NCBI GenBank assembly: GCA_973895155.1
Contig: OZ316893.1
Coordinates: forward strand, 27,972,210 to 28,036,209
Direction: 5' to 3'
From: Marsupella aquatica
Lineage: Eukaryota > Plantae > Marchantiophyta
Length of the DNA: 64,000 nt
Of this stretch, positions 11,850 to 24,645 are shown piece by piece; the stretch's first letter is position 1, and each line of letters begins with the position of its first letter. Position numbers and translations under genes: made by a program. The notes beneath the pieces were generated by a model, which had not been told where the DNA came from, made no database searches, and saw only the letters and a program-made list of their open reading frames with translations.

Positions 11850-13320
11850 TTTCCACATAATCATCAAGGGCATGAGCATTGGCCTCTATATTTTCCAGGT
11901 ACTCCAGAAACGGAGACTCCTTGCTTCCTTTTCCTCCCAAGAACTTCCAACTCTAGTTGAAAGCATGTATTAGCAAATGTGTTGATAGCATAGCTGAACG
12001 CACCTTTTCTAACTCCCCTGGATCATCCATAGCCACCAAGTCTGCATCAAAATCTCCATTGGAAGGGAGATAGCTTGGATGAGCCATAGTCATTCACTGT
12101 TAAGATAGGAGGTTGAGAGGGGAAGTGTTGAATGTTGAATGTGAGTGACATTCAAGTCACGACCCGATGTTTTGTTAAAGGAAAACAACCGCAGCCCAGG
12201 AACCTTGGAGACCCGCCGTTACCCTAATTTAACATTGCCATTTACAACGTTAACTAGGGGTGTAGGGTTTAGGGATGACGTTACCCCTATTAACATCCTA
12301 CAGAACGACGTTAACTGACTAAATATGTAGTACAGAACTACGTTAATTAAATTCAGCAATTCACCCGCAACCTCAAAGACGACATTAATTTGTGAAGAAC
12401 GTCATGTGGCTAAACGCTATTTGGGTTAACATTGCAGGATACGTTGATGTTTGGGGTTTAATATGTCGTGGGGGGCGGTCAAATGCAAGCTAGAGGGGTA
12501 CCAAAGGAGGCCCCAAGGACTAGGGGAAATGACTTCATGTCCAAGGACTTCCAAGGCTCATGTGTGGCCAGGATTACACAATCTTGAAGTGAGTAAGGAC
12601 TTTTCAATAATCATTATTCCATCACTAACGCGTGACTCAAGGGGTAGCCATTATGAGCTTAAGCCGTCATTTTCGTGCCCATGTGAATAGGATCTAGTTT
12701 AAGACAAGCATCCTTCTCCCATTTTGAATTTTGAACGCGACTTTTAATTTATGAAAGGCCACCTCACAAGCTGTGGTGCCAACTTGTTGCTTTCGCATGA
12801 TGTCCTTCACAGGAGTCACATCCTTTGACACGGCTTTCCCGGTGTGGTGGGGGTACTTGGTGCATGTTGGCTAAGCCACATTTAATTTGTTTGTCTCTTT
12901 TGGGCCCTATTGAAGGTCACTGCACGCAAACTGCTCTCACTTGGTCACTTTTGGATTCTCTTGTCATTCTTTCCAAACACTTAGATGATTTTGAATCCCA
13001 CATTTGGAGGTGAGGCGCACCAGCTCCACCAAACCACTCTCGGAAATTTTGCATCCCATTGTGCATCACATTTGATTAGCCCAAATCCCACTACTGACAA
13101 TCCTGGAGGTTGGAGGTGAGGCATGTGCGGTTGGAGAGTGCAAGACTTGGTGCGCAATTTGGTGGTCAAATTTAGGGGATTGATTCGAGGCGGGGGTGAA
13201 TAACTTCTACTCCTTTTCCAATTTCTTGGTCACCTTTGTCATTCGATGTTGAAGCTAAATCTGTAGGTTAAACCATGCTCCTTTACTTTGGTGGATTGTT
13301 GATTTGTATGTGTACTCAGG

Positions 13321-15764
13321 ACTAAGTTATGATGGGTGTTGTGCCTCTTGACCTTGATGGACTTTCAAAAGATGTCGCTAATGCAATAGACCGTATAGAG
13401 GCGCCGTAGGTTAGAGATGTACCTACAGGTTGTTGTTGGGGGTGCCACACCTGCTGTTTCAATAGAACCCCGCGTGTCAAGTCAGAAGAGCGAGAAGAGT
13501 GTGCAAGATTGGGATCCTGCTGAATTCCAGAGAGACCCGACATATTTTGCTGTCACCTTTGGACTCCCCAATGTCGGTGAAAATCCTTATAAGATAAGTG
13601 ATGTTAGTGACCAAGATTTGAGTACATGTTTTGGAGAGAAAACGCGTAGTGGTTATAGATTAAATAGCTCAATTGGCATCCCCATTGCAGACTTGTTGCA
13701 TCTATCCCAAGTCGTTGATGGCTACGATAAACCGGTCAATGGACTTCTGGGTCATACCTTTGTGAAAGGCGCTTATGCTGAACGTGTTCTCGGCCGAAAA
13801 GTCAATTGGGCCGCATATGCATCGTCGAAGCTAAAGGGGCAGATAATCCAGTGGGAGAGAGAGGGAAAAAAGGGTAGGCCAGACGGGCCTCCTTGTGTTA
13901 GGAAGCCCCGTCTTTACAAGAGTCCTGTGTCAATAGAGACTGCCCCGCAGTCTAAGAGCGAACCAAAATCAGCAGATGCCTCCAAGGAGTTTGAATTGTC
14001 TCTTTGGGATAATGTAGCCAATGATAAGACTCCGGGGGTTGGATTGGTCAATGAGGAACTTACCACCCTGTGTAAGGCTATTGTCTGTGATGTCCCAAAG
14101 GTGCTGTTTTATCAAGCTGAGCCTACCGGACTTCTACTATCCATGCTTGACTCTGAAATTTTGTCTACAAAGTGCCAAAAATGTGAGGCTCTGCTAGACG
14201 CTGCCAAGGTTGAAACCAGTTTGAAGGCCCTAGATGCAGCTGAACGGGATCACCCAGCAACCGTGGAAAAGCTTAATGAGCAGTTGAGATCTATGGAGCA
14301 AGAACAAGATCAATTGCGGGAGATGGTAGACTCTACAGACAAGGAAGTCGATGACATCATTTTAGACCTCGAGCTAGAGGCCAACAAGGAAGATGAGGGC
14401 TCTAGGAATGAGGTATATTCACCCTACCTTGTAGGGGAATCATTCGTAGTCTTTCATTCCCTGATTATTTTGCATCATTAGAAAGAATTATGGAGTGTAT
14501 TAGTCTAGCATTGTTGTACTCTTACAAATTTGAATTGTTTCCGATGGTTACAGGGCATTGAGTTCAGTACTCTCTTGGAAACCCGACTTAAAAACTCAAG
14601 AGCCAAAATTGTTGAGTTGAAGGGCCGCCAAGAGACCATCGGGAGGGATATGGTGAAGGTGACCGAGATCATTGCAGCCGAGCAGAAGCGGTTTGAAGCA
14701 TCATCAGGGATGGTGTCCCGATTGAAAAAAGTGGTTGTAGCTGTGGATGCAGACTTGAAGGAGCTTAACTTGGCGGAGGAAGCACAAAAGTCTGAATATG
14801 CAACTCTGGAGAGGGTATTGCATAATCCTAGTCCAACCTTGAGGCCGACCTTTGTTGCGACACTTACTTCTCCAGTGTCAACCCAAGTTCTGTTATCAAG
14901 TTGTCCCGTTTGTTGCAATGGTTATCATTGCTGCAATTGGATCCCAGCATCCTGTGGGCACACGTATCATCCAAGTTGTCTTTTTTCTTTGATTGGTGAT
15001 TCAAAGGATACTCCTAAGTGTGAAGCTTGTGGGCTACCATTTTCTGATGATTGGTTACGAACGTGGGGCTTACCCACACACGGAGAACAGAGGCGAGTAA
15101 GTTACATAGATCACATGAAAAGAGTGTACTATGGGGCGCCAAGTATTGATCTTTTCAGTAGGAGACAACTCGTACAACAAATCCAAACTGTGCATGAACA
15201 GGTATGGAAAATGAGACAAGTGATGCATTATCAATTCCTTTGTTGTTGTCTGCACTTAATTGGATAGTCCAAGTGGTTGTCCCAATTTTAAAGTCTCCAA
15301 TAGTGTATTGCCCCGCAATACTATTACATGTGTGCATTCAGGCAAACCTCCAAGCTGAAGGTGAAATGTTGCTACTTGCTTTGGAGGCGGCGTTGCTACT
15401 TGCTTTGGAGGCGGCTCCCATGTCACAAAAGCTGGGAAACAAGTCTGGGAAAGATGACAACCAAGATGGCGAGTCTACAGGGAGGCTTTTGACACCCAAA
15501 ACTGAGGGTCGGGAATTGGGGAAAAGAACGAGGGCTTTGGAATCATCTAGGAAGGTGCTAAGTAGACCTTTGACGACTCCAGAGCTACTCACAATGCCGT
15601 TTAGCCCAGAGTCCATGTCTCAGGTTTCCTTCCGGCAAATGTTAGACCTACTTGGAGTTGGCCATGGACATCCAGTTATACCACAAATACTCAATTTGAA
15701 AGGCCCTCCTAAATCCTCTGCACCGCCAGCCAGTTCCAGAAAGAGATTGCGGCTTCCTTCTTGA
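13321..15764 (+). CDS. Multi-exon cargo gene: PMD/transposon-protein-like domain, coiled coil, RING-H2 finger (5' part disrupted)
   Basis: FAVTFGLP...RKVNWAAYA; heptad-rich middle; CPVC...CGHTYHPSC...CEAC. Plausible GT-AG introns 14413-14553 and 15202-15341 join ORFs 13417, 14530 and 15204. Confidence 0.65.
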
Positions 15765-16227
15765 ACGTGGACTAAGAAGCTGGCAATGGTTTACTCTGAT
15801 TGACTGTGATCAAATAATTTGATACATCCATGATGCATTTGTTGCATGGCCAAATTTGTTGTCAGTGGAATTTGTAGACTTTGTTACTAAATCAGATTTT
15901 TGCATGTGTTGTTTCTTGGTGCAGGCAAGTAGAGGCCGGCGCAATACCCTTTTCTGATCGGATGGAGGATCAAGTTGGAAAGGTAAATCTGATTTCCATT
16001 TCTTTTAGATCAATCGGTACTTCTTGCTGGATGAACATTAGTCATGCTATAGATAAATTAGTTTGAGTCCTTGCTGTGAAGGATGGTTGATAGCGGAAGT
16101 TCTTGGCCAAGGACTGACAATTCTTGGATTGGAACTTGCAGTCATTTCACCTAGTCTTTCACCAAATGAGTCGATACTGTCCTTGTCAAAGCTAGCACTC
16201 ATTTCACTCCCACTAGTGCACACTAGT

Positions 16228-16710
16228 CTCCAAGGACTACGGAAATATCCTCTCCAAGGACTAGTTCTCCTTCCCAAGGACATGCGGTCCTTTGCCAAGG
16301 ACTCTCGGTCCTTTGCCAAGGACTCTCGGTCCTTATCTAAGGACAAAGGTCCTCTTGCAAGGACTCCACTTGGACATCATCATTCCTTTAGGAAGGACTT
16401 TCGGTCCTTCTCCAAGGACTTCAGGTCCTTCAGTCCAAGGACTTCGGTCTTTTCAAGGACTTTTGGGTCCTTCTCCAAGGACTTAAGGTCCTTGAGTCAA
16501 AGGACATGGGTCCTTTCAAGGACTTTTGGGTTCTTCTGCAAGGACTTAAGGTCCTTGAGTCAAAGGACATGGGTCCTTTCAAGGACTTTTGGGTCCTTCT
16601 CCAAGGACTTCCCTCCTTCAAGTCCTTGTCCAACTACTTCCTGTCCTTCTTCAAGGACTTGCGCTCAAGGACCAGGACTCATCTCCTCAAGCCTGGTCCT
16701 TCACCAAGGA
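16228..16710. repeat. Tandem array built on GTCCTT...CAAGGACT (21-bp subunits, 63-bp higher-order unit)
   Basis: Repeated ggtccttctccaaggact / ggtcctttcaaggact; the 21-aa periodicity in ORF 16063 reflects the 63-bp unit. Confidence 0.9.
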
Positions 16711-16847
16711 GGCAGCAACTGTTCATTAATTTCTTTGCTTGCATGCCTTCTGCTCTTTGCTGTTCTATAGGGATAAATAGCTAGCTGCAGTAACTATGGG
16801 TCTGTCTGACCTCACTACATATTCTAAGATCCTTTTGTTTGATACAG

Positions 16848-17339
16848 TTGCAGATGGACAAGCAAGGCTCATTTTGCACTCTCAACAAGGCAAAGATTGA
16901 GAAAATGTGGGGCCTCTGTGCGGGATCTTATGTTTATGAAGGCTGTGGTCTGTTGCTGAAAGATGGCCGACCTTGTGCATTGGGGAAGCACAAACGCAAA
17001 CTCAGGAGGCATAATCTTGAGTCTCCACTGGGTCCTCACTCTAGGGGCCGAGAGGAGCATGCTTGTTGTGAAGACGGGAGTGGTACATACATGTACTGTT
17101 TTGCTATCCAAGTGGGTGATATTGTCATCCAAGTAAATGAAGCTCATGGGTCAAAGTTGATGGGGGTTTCAGGGAAAACCTTCAAGGATTCATACAATAG
17201 TGATGAGCAGAAGAAAAAAGAAATTTTTGAACGGGCGATGACTTTGCTGTGGACTATCACCTATGTCAAGGATGAGTCTTGTGGGGATGTGGTTCGGGCT
17301 GTAGGATTTGAACAACTCCATCTGAATCAGATGGAGTGA
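16848..17339 (+). CDS. Exon encoding a putative RPA70 C-terminal-like (Zn-ribbon OB-fold) domain
   Basis: YVYEGC...C...CC...YMYCFAIQVGD...GSKLMGVSG resembles the Rep_fac-A_C layout; acceptor ...gatacag at 16847. Confidence 0.45.
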   Translation: MQMDKQGSFCTLNKAKIEKMWGLCAGSYVYEGCGLLLKDGRPCALGKHKRKLRRHNLESPLGPHSRGREEHACCEDGSGTYMYCFAIQVGDIVIQVNEAHGSKLMGVSGKTFKDSYNSDEQKKKEIFERAMTLLWTITYVKDESCGDVVRAVGFEQLHLNQME

Positions 17340-19299
17340 CAGAGGAGTCAAAGCCCAGGCCGAAGTGGATGAAACTGTATGAGGATTTTTCAGTTGACAT
17401 AGTGGACACTTTAAAGTCATTTCGCATCTCTAACTAGGAGTTAGCATTCAACAATTGAAGCAGGGAGGTAGAAAGCCTGTTCAAAGCTAAATCTGTATAG
17501 AAAGCTAATTCAGAGGGACCGGACGGTGCTATTTTTGTAGTTTTGGGAAACTACACGCGCGCTTGTAGTACTTGAGTTTGATATCAATGTTTACTTTGTA
17601 CATGATCTATGAAGATCTTTTGCTTTTGAATAAAGCTGGCAGTTTTGTGACATATGTGTTTTTGTCCTTTCACGTAGGTCCTTGTGAGGGAAGTCTGAAG
17701 GACGTTTATCGATTGTTATTTTCTATGTTGGTAGTTTGTTTGGTAGCAAAACTTTGCAAAAGCAGACCATGGAATTTGAAGGACTCGGCAGAGTTCTCAA
17801 CATAGCATATATGACTTAGTGGACAGTTGGAAGACTCCGTTGGATTGGGAGGCTGGGAGGGGGTCAAAAATATATTGGCAACTCTGAACTGATTCTTCAT
17901 TGCAGCGGCAGGCTGTGCCTCTTCTCATGTGGAGCCAAAAGTGTGCTTTCCAGACTTTGAATCATGAACTCATGTAGTAATTGCCACGGATGATTTGATC
18001 CAGATAGTCAAGTCACTGGAACTTGATCGACTAACTAAGTTCGAGTCACTGGAACTTGATCTGGTGGCAAATCTTAAGTAAGGCCGCAACTTCAAACTTT
18101 TGTTGTCTAGAATATATCAAGTTATGTCTAGTATGAATATAAAATGGTTGTGCAAGCCGATGGTGCTGCCGTCCTTAGTTATTGTTGATCGGAAATGAGA
18201 AAATGATAATAAATACTTTACAGGCGTTTAGAGATTGAAGTTTGCTTTGTGGAGTTCTAAATACCCCCCGGTTCAAGGTCTAAATACCCCCCGGTTTCTA
18301 CTAGTGTGGGGAAATAAATTTTGCTTGTAGATCCAGGGCTATGCTACAGGCTTGGCGGATAAGAATGGTGCTCTGTCTAATTCAGAGGGTTAAGACAAAT
18401 TCTGATTGGAATGTAGTTGTCAATTTTTTGGACAGAATTGGTACACAACATAGTCCAGAATTGTGTACGAGATTGAGTTTCAATCCAAAATAGCAATCAG
18501 TCACTGCTTTATAGCTCTTTACTTCCTGACATCATATGTATATACAACAGCCACGGTGGGCTGCACCCTCAGAATTTTTAGCTGCCTCTCCAACTTGCAC
18601 CTTGAATAACCTTCCGTGCTGACAGAGCCTACTCTTGGGTAAAACCAATGAACAATGACATGATTCTAAACTAACTTAACACTAATACTCTCATGTACAT
18701 GTCATGAGAGAAACTCATAATAGCCTTCTATCTGTTGTAGAATGTCCCATGGTTGAATTGCCGACACCCTTGGAAACTGTACCCTACAAGGAAAATCCAA
18801 AATTAGGTAAGATCCTCTGCAAGTAACATCCAAAATTATTGCAAACTAGAGCACTATTTACTCTAAACTGCAGGACTGGTACTATTAATTTCCACTTATT
18901 GTGTGGAAAAACTGATGGAAAAATTGGGCTAAAAGGTAATAAAGGTAATAAAGGTTGAATACAAACTGAAGTAGATTCAAAAGCATTGCAGGAACCACTG
19001 ACAGAATTTCACACAGAAAACTCTTATTAAAACTCTTCCCTTATTACATGAGATGATCATAAGATGACCACTTCATAAAAATTATGAAGGGATTCGTAGG
19101 GACAATATAGTCCTTGAAGGGAAGGAGTTCAGACAATCAGACAGACCTTGAAGGAGTGAACTCTAGTCCTATAACTCCTTCAGCCAACAAGTATTATATA
19201 CTCCACACAGAAAGGAGTCCAGGACAGAATTTAGTCCTTCACACATAATAGTGTACGTCAAGTGTAGTACTCTTAAAACCTAGCTCTTTCCTTTGTACA

Positions 19300-20045
19300 A
19301 AAAGGATTCAAGTCCTTTTCAAGGTTAGAATCCTTTCAAGGGAAAAGGAGTAAAGTCATTTTAGGACTTGAGTCCTTCAAACAACAAGGATTTCAGTCCT
19401 TCATGCAAAAAGGAGTCTAGTACTTCAGTCCTTCGGACAATGGAGTGGAGTCCTATATTAGTCCTTCCTATAAAAGGATTTAAGTCCTTTCATTCAACTG
19501 AGTCCTTCATGCACAAGGAGTCCAGTCCTGTAGTCCTTCGGACAAAAAGGATTAAAGTCCTTTCCTGGGACTGAGTCCTTCATGCACAAGGAGCCCAGTC
19601 TTGTAGTCCTTCGGACGAAAAGGATTAAAGTCCTTTCCTGGGATTGAGTCCTTCATGCACAAGGAGCCCAGTCCTATAGTCCTTCGGACGAAAAGGATTA
19701 AAGTCCTTTGGTGGGACTGAGTCCTTCATGCACAAGGAGTCCAGTCCTGTAGTCCTTCGGACAAAAAGGATTAAAGTCCTTTCCTGGGACTGAGTCCTTC
19801 ATGCAGAAAGGAGTCTAGTACATCAGTCCTTCGGACAACAAGGATTAAAGTCCTTTCCTGGGACTGAGTCCTTCATGCAAAAAGGAGTCTAGTACATCAG
19901 TCCTTTGGACAACAAGGATTAAAGTCCCTTTCAGGGCTTTAGTCCTTTGCACAAAATGGATTAAGTCCTTTTCAGGGCTTGAGTCCTTCATGCAAAAAGG
20001 AATTCAGTCTAAAGTCCTTGATGGAAAAAGGAATTCAGTCCTTGT
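19300..20045. repeat. 73-bp tandem repeat array rich in AGTCCTT/AAGGA
   Basis: GAGTCCTTCATGC starts at 19500, 19573, 19646, 19719, 19792 and 19866, with degenerate flanking copies. Confidence 0.93.
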
Positions 20046-20333
20046 GAGGACGCGTCATTCCTCTGCCAGCTACATACGAGGACTTGAACATTGATTAAGA
20101 CCTAGCAAGCATATTTTGCATACACTGGATTGAAAGCAAAGCTATGGATACAGCAGTCAGATTGAATTACAGCAAATCTATAGTTTACAATGTAACTTGT
20201 GGGCACCATACCTGACTAGTCATTGCCAAGCACTTCACTCCATTGTAGCGCCTGCATACACAATCTACGTTCCAACAATGACTTGTGAAGTCAAGGAAGC
20301 AGAGATTGCTGCTAGAGAATGTACATCTAAGCT

Positions 20334-23300
20334 CTACATCCTACTGCCACCCTTTCGACCAACCTCACATGGAGTCAAAGCAAACCTAATATGAACTACA
20401 GAGTTTGCATGAGTATAGCTTGAGGGTGCAGTGTCATTGAATACAAATCTGGTTTCTGATTTTGGAATTGGTTGAAACCACCTTCCCTTCAATGCCAAGT
20501 CGCCTGCATCAAACTCCACCTCATACCCGTCTGTAAATCTCTCTTTGATTGTGTGCAGTACCTCCTCACATTGAAGGACATAGAAATCAGCACCCCACTT
20601 ATTTGGCTGCTCGGCTTCAACAGCATAAAAGTCACCTAGTTGGACCAATTCTGCCAAAAAGCCATCTTGCCATTGAGAACCTCCTTCCCCTAGTCCTATG
20701 TTGTGTATGTCAGGTATCACATCAATTGGCAGTACTCCTCTCACCATCTTGAGTTTAAAATGTCCTACCCATTCTATGTTCTCACATTTGGCTGGTTCAT
20801 CATCTACACAATGAGCACAGAAGCAACAAAGATCCCTTACTTGCAAAAGAGTAGAGAGACAATCACTAAACCCATCAAAGCAATGTAATGTTCTACTTCC
20901 CTTGATTGCGTCACAGTCCCATTTTTTCCTTCGGTTCACTTCATGTGCACCAATTTCCCAAAACATTTGTCTCACCAATTGAACGTCACCATATTCCTTC
21001 TCTTGTCCAAGGGCAAATTTGTCTTTGCAAAAAGCAACCACATCAACAGCATTCTCCAACCGAGCTCCATGAATTCCTTTCAGCTGCTCCTTCTCTATTC
21101 CGCTCTTAATGTGACCACCAAGAGCATCCTAAAATGAAGCACACCAATTACAATTCAATCAGAGGGTGAATGAATGTACACCTATGCAATTTGTAAAGCT
21201 CACTATTTACAATGAAAGCTCACTATAGTATTGAATCAGATTGTTCATGATGGTCAAGTAGAGCAGTAACTGATCAAAGACAGAGTTAAGAAACTCACAG
21301 CAACCCCCTTTCCATGTCCTGAAGCATGGAAGAACCATTTCATTCTAGCACCATGTTGCTTGTAATATCTGGAGACATAATAAAAAGGCCTGCAAGCCTT
21401 AAACTGTGAAGTCGCTCCATCTGACCAAACCCAATGGTGCTTGAATGAAATTTTCTCTTGCTTCATCCAGTTTACGTGTGAGTCCATGCAGTGTTGCACA
21501 AAAAGGGTGTCATGGGTGTTGTCATCGCTAATGAAAAAATGGTAATCAGCTATAATGTCTCGATTCCCAGTGCTGTCTTGTGCCATTCCTACAGACCTAC
21601 CTACAGCAGCCTCAATAGACTCATTATCTTCACGATGTCTGTATGTCACAAGAATCAACAAGGTAATTTGTTTATTATCCCAATGCTGAGTTTGGATCTC
21701 ATTCTGGACCTTGAACGTATAATTCTTAGAAAAGTCTATGGATGACACTATAGTTCCCCGTGGGAAGGTCTTTAGGCAGAGTTGGACTGAACAGCTTGCC
21801 AAGGGGCTCAAAAATTATGAATAAGAAATGTCTTCATTGTACCTAGTACGTGCAGCTTGAAATCAGGAAGAGAAGTTCTTCGATGCACCATCCGCAAGTG
21901 CTTTACCTTCTGATGTGCGCTTTCAGCAGTCCCTTTTTTCTTTTCTCTCTTGTTTTGTGTCTTCTCATCTAGCTCCACGTATTGAAAGGTTTCCCAATCA
22001 ATATAAGGTGTCTTTGTGATGTCCATCTCCATTTCACACCATCACAACTTGTGAACTCCACATCTCTCACACTGACCAAAAATACAACTCTTCCGGTGCC
22101 ATTCCTGACCCTCAAGCTTAGGAAAAACTGCTCCTTCCATCCATTCTCGTACTGAAGTAATGGATGACTTAGAGGCAATACAACTGCGACCCTCTGAAGA
22201 AGCATTGGGTGATCTACATATAGAACACTCACAATTACAATCCTTTTGGTGCTGGTGTCTCCTGAACTTGTTGAGTGCCTCTTTCAACAGGTCTATTTCA
22301 ACATGTTGTTTGCAGCAACAAACCATTCTATCCTTCATAGTGCGGATATCGTATGGATTTAATTGTTGAAAAGATCTAAGACCTATAGAAGTGCCATTCC
22401 CCTCCACGGTGCACCAATTCTGGAATTTCATGAAGAGCTCAACCTGCAAGACACGCAATATGAAATCAGGATCCATTTGCCAGGGGGTAAGGTTCAGCTT
22501 ACTCATAGAAACTCTGTCATGCACTTCACAGAATACGAGTTCAACATGATCATACTATTAGCAAAAAATTATTATTTACCTCAGTATCCTCAAGCCAATG
22601 CTTGGAATGCTTCTCGTACTGCTTCAAACCTAGGCGTAGTTTGGCCACATCCTTCTTGCAAGGAGAAATTCGAGTATTGCTCTCCTAGTATTGTTCCACA
22701 ATCTTTCGCACCTCAATAGAAATCTTGTCACTAGCTCCTAACGTTTCGGTCACCGGTAGGATATCTCAATGCTGCATCCTGATCAAGCTGTTTCCTCATT
22801 GCACCTGCTTTGTGGATGTTTTGACGTTTGACACCCAAAGCTATGGCCAATGAGGTCTGGTATCTACTCCCTACTATGGACTCTCCTACCAGCGATATCA
22901 AGAGCGCTCTCTTCATGGCTAGATGATCTTTGTGTCTAGCTGATTTCACAATTTTTAGAGATTTAACAACGTCAATCACGGAAGACCCTACAGATGCATC
23001 TAGCCTTGCACACCCAAGCGCTGCAGGCTGGTATTGTCTCAAAGCACTGTGCAACCAAAATCTCTCCATAACTAGCTTTCTAGCAGCCACATTAAGGTCT
23101 TTCATTCGACTCATTAAAACCCTAATGAAATTGGAAACTAATCTATTGATGCACTGTCGCTTCCGATTTGGGATAGGATCACCGTGGTCACTACATACCC
23201 CCGTTCTCTTCATGCGGGTGCGACATTGGTGCTCCTCTTGGTATTGAGCTCGTTTCCTTGTTGCGTCTCTTCTCCAAAATGCTACAGCCTTGTCCAAATC

Positions 23301-24091
23301 ATGAACTTGAACCTCTTGCTCATCAATAGACACTGCGAGTTGCGCATTCAATGCTTGGAGACGTGCTTCCCTTCTGCCTATGGTTTCATTCAAAACACAG
23401 ACTCTTTCCTTGCCTTTAGCAACTTCCTCTTGCAAGTTTGAAAGCATGGTGTGTAACAACGGAGCAACCTCACGCTGTGCTTGGGCAGTGATTTCTCGTA
23501 TGTCAACCATAGGAGCCATCTTTAGCGCCTCGCATTGTTGATTCACACTACGAAGCAATTGCTGCCCTTCTTGCTTTGCCTCAATGAGCATGTTTTCACA
23601 TTGTAACTCCGCATCCGCAAGCATATTCGAACCTTGCTGCTCCGCATCTGCAAGAATGTCATTACAGTGCTGCTCTCCATCCGCAAGAACCTCGTTCTCT
23701 TAATTGCACTGAGTGGTTGCATCTTTTTTCTTCCTCTCAGACTGATCGTAGTATTTATGACGCCTTCTTTGGTGACGAGCCTCTCTCTTTATCCTTTCAA
23801 GTGCATCTTCTACGTTACTAAGAATCACCATCTCTCGTTGATGAACTTGCAAATAAGCTCTGTATGCGCCCGCCCTCTATGCGCTCACCTCTACTCTAAA
23901 TATCTCCGACTTCCGAAATGGAATTGTTCATGAATAAGAAAGACTCTCAAGTGAAAGGAGGGATCTGAAAATAATGCAACATCAAACCTGACCGTGTGCA
24001 TTCTTTCAAGCGTTTCATCAAGAATGAGAATATTGAAAGCATTGCGTGTTGTGCCTTGAGCTTTGGATACAGAGTCCGACGCAACATTCAA
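20334..24091 (-). pseudogene. Intron-containing Sola2-type DDD transposase
   Basis: FQQLNP...CCCKQH; CIFGQCERC; IDFSKNY...QNEIQTQHW; SDDNTHD; WSDGATSQFK; spliced GHGKGVA|DALGGHIK. Stop at 22042 and frameshift at ~21810. The 5' limit is approximate. Confidence 0.8.
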
Positions 24092-24380
24092 AATAAGTCA
24101 CGAAGCTCCAAAGGAGTCATCGACAACAGTGGTTGCAATAGTCCTTGTTTTGGATTTAGCATAAAGTTTGGGATGTCTTAATTGATATTTTGAATTTTGA
24201 ACCATCCTAAAACCGGCGTCTATAATCAAACAAAGATCCTTAATCACTAACAACTGGCTTTTGGGGCCACCACTTTGCTTTAGAGGGGTACATTCAATGC
24301 ATATTTGGACTCAAATTCAAATCTGACCTTTGGATGGGCACGAAACAGATCTGGGCCCTTCCATGTCACATTTTTGTCAC

Positions 24381-24645
24381 GGGGTATTTACAAACGACAG
24401 GAAACAGGAAACAGTAACAAGAAACAGTTACTGGTAACAGGAAAGTGGGTGGTAATTTTTGTCATCATCATATTGCTAGCGCTCGGAGCTAACAATAGCA
24501 GCGTTTGGCGCTCGCAAAAAAATGCCATGATTTTAATTATTTTGAAAAATAAGACTTTAAATGGTACATTTTTAGATCGTATTTTTTACTGGTAACAGTA
24601 AAATTTTCCTGGTAACAGGAAACTTTTTGCTGGTACCAGTAAACC
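24381..24645. repeat. Short fragment resembling a MULE-SWIM family end, inside the Sola2-like element
   Basis: Repeated CTGGTAACAG(G/T)AAA and CAGGAAA motifs plus a CTAGCGCT motif shared with 8570-8760 and 10430-10570. Confidence 0.5.

Noticed and set aside
16063-16784. ORFs with SKD/RTFG repeats as real proteins
   Set aside because: They are translations of the GTCCTT/AAGGAC array, open in several frames on both strands.
18300-18900. Possible extra minus-strand spliced gene within the Sola2-like element
   Set aside because: Exon-like pieces are visible, but no coherent model or recognisable domain could be built by eye.
19300-20045. 73-bp periodic array as a CRISPR array
   Set aside because: Whole units repeat with no unique spacers, there are no cas genes, and the context is eukaryotic.
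11777-24445. Inverted CAGGAAA/CTGGTAACAG blocks as the TIRs of one element
   Set aside because: Their shared GGGTAT termini are on the inner sides, so each block extends outward. The better TIR pair is 12478/24772. Some ambiguity remains.
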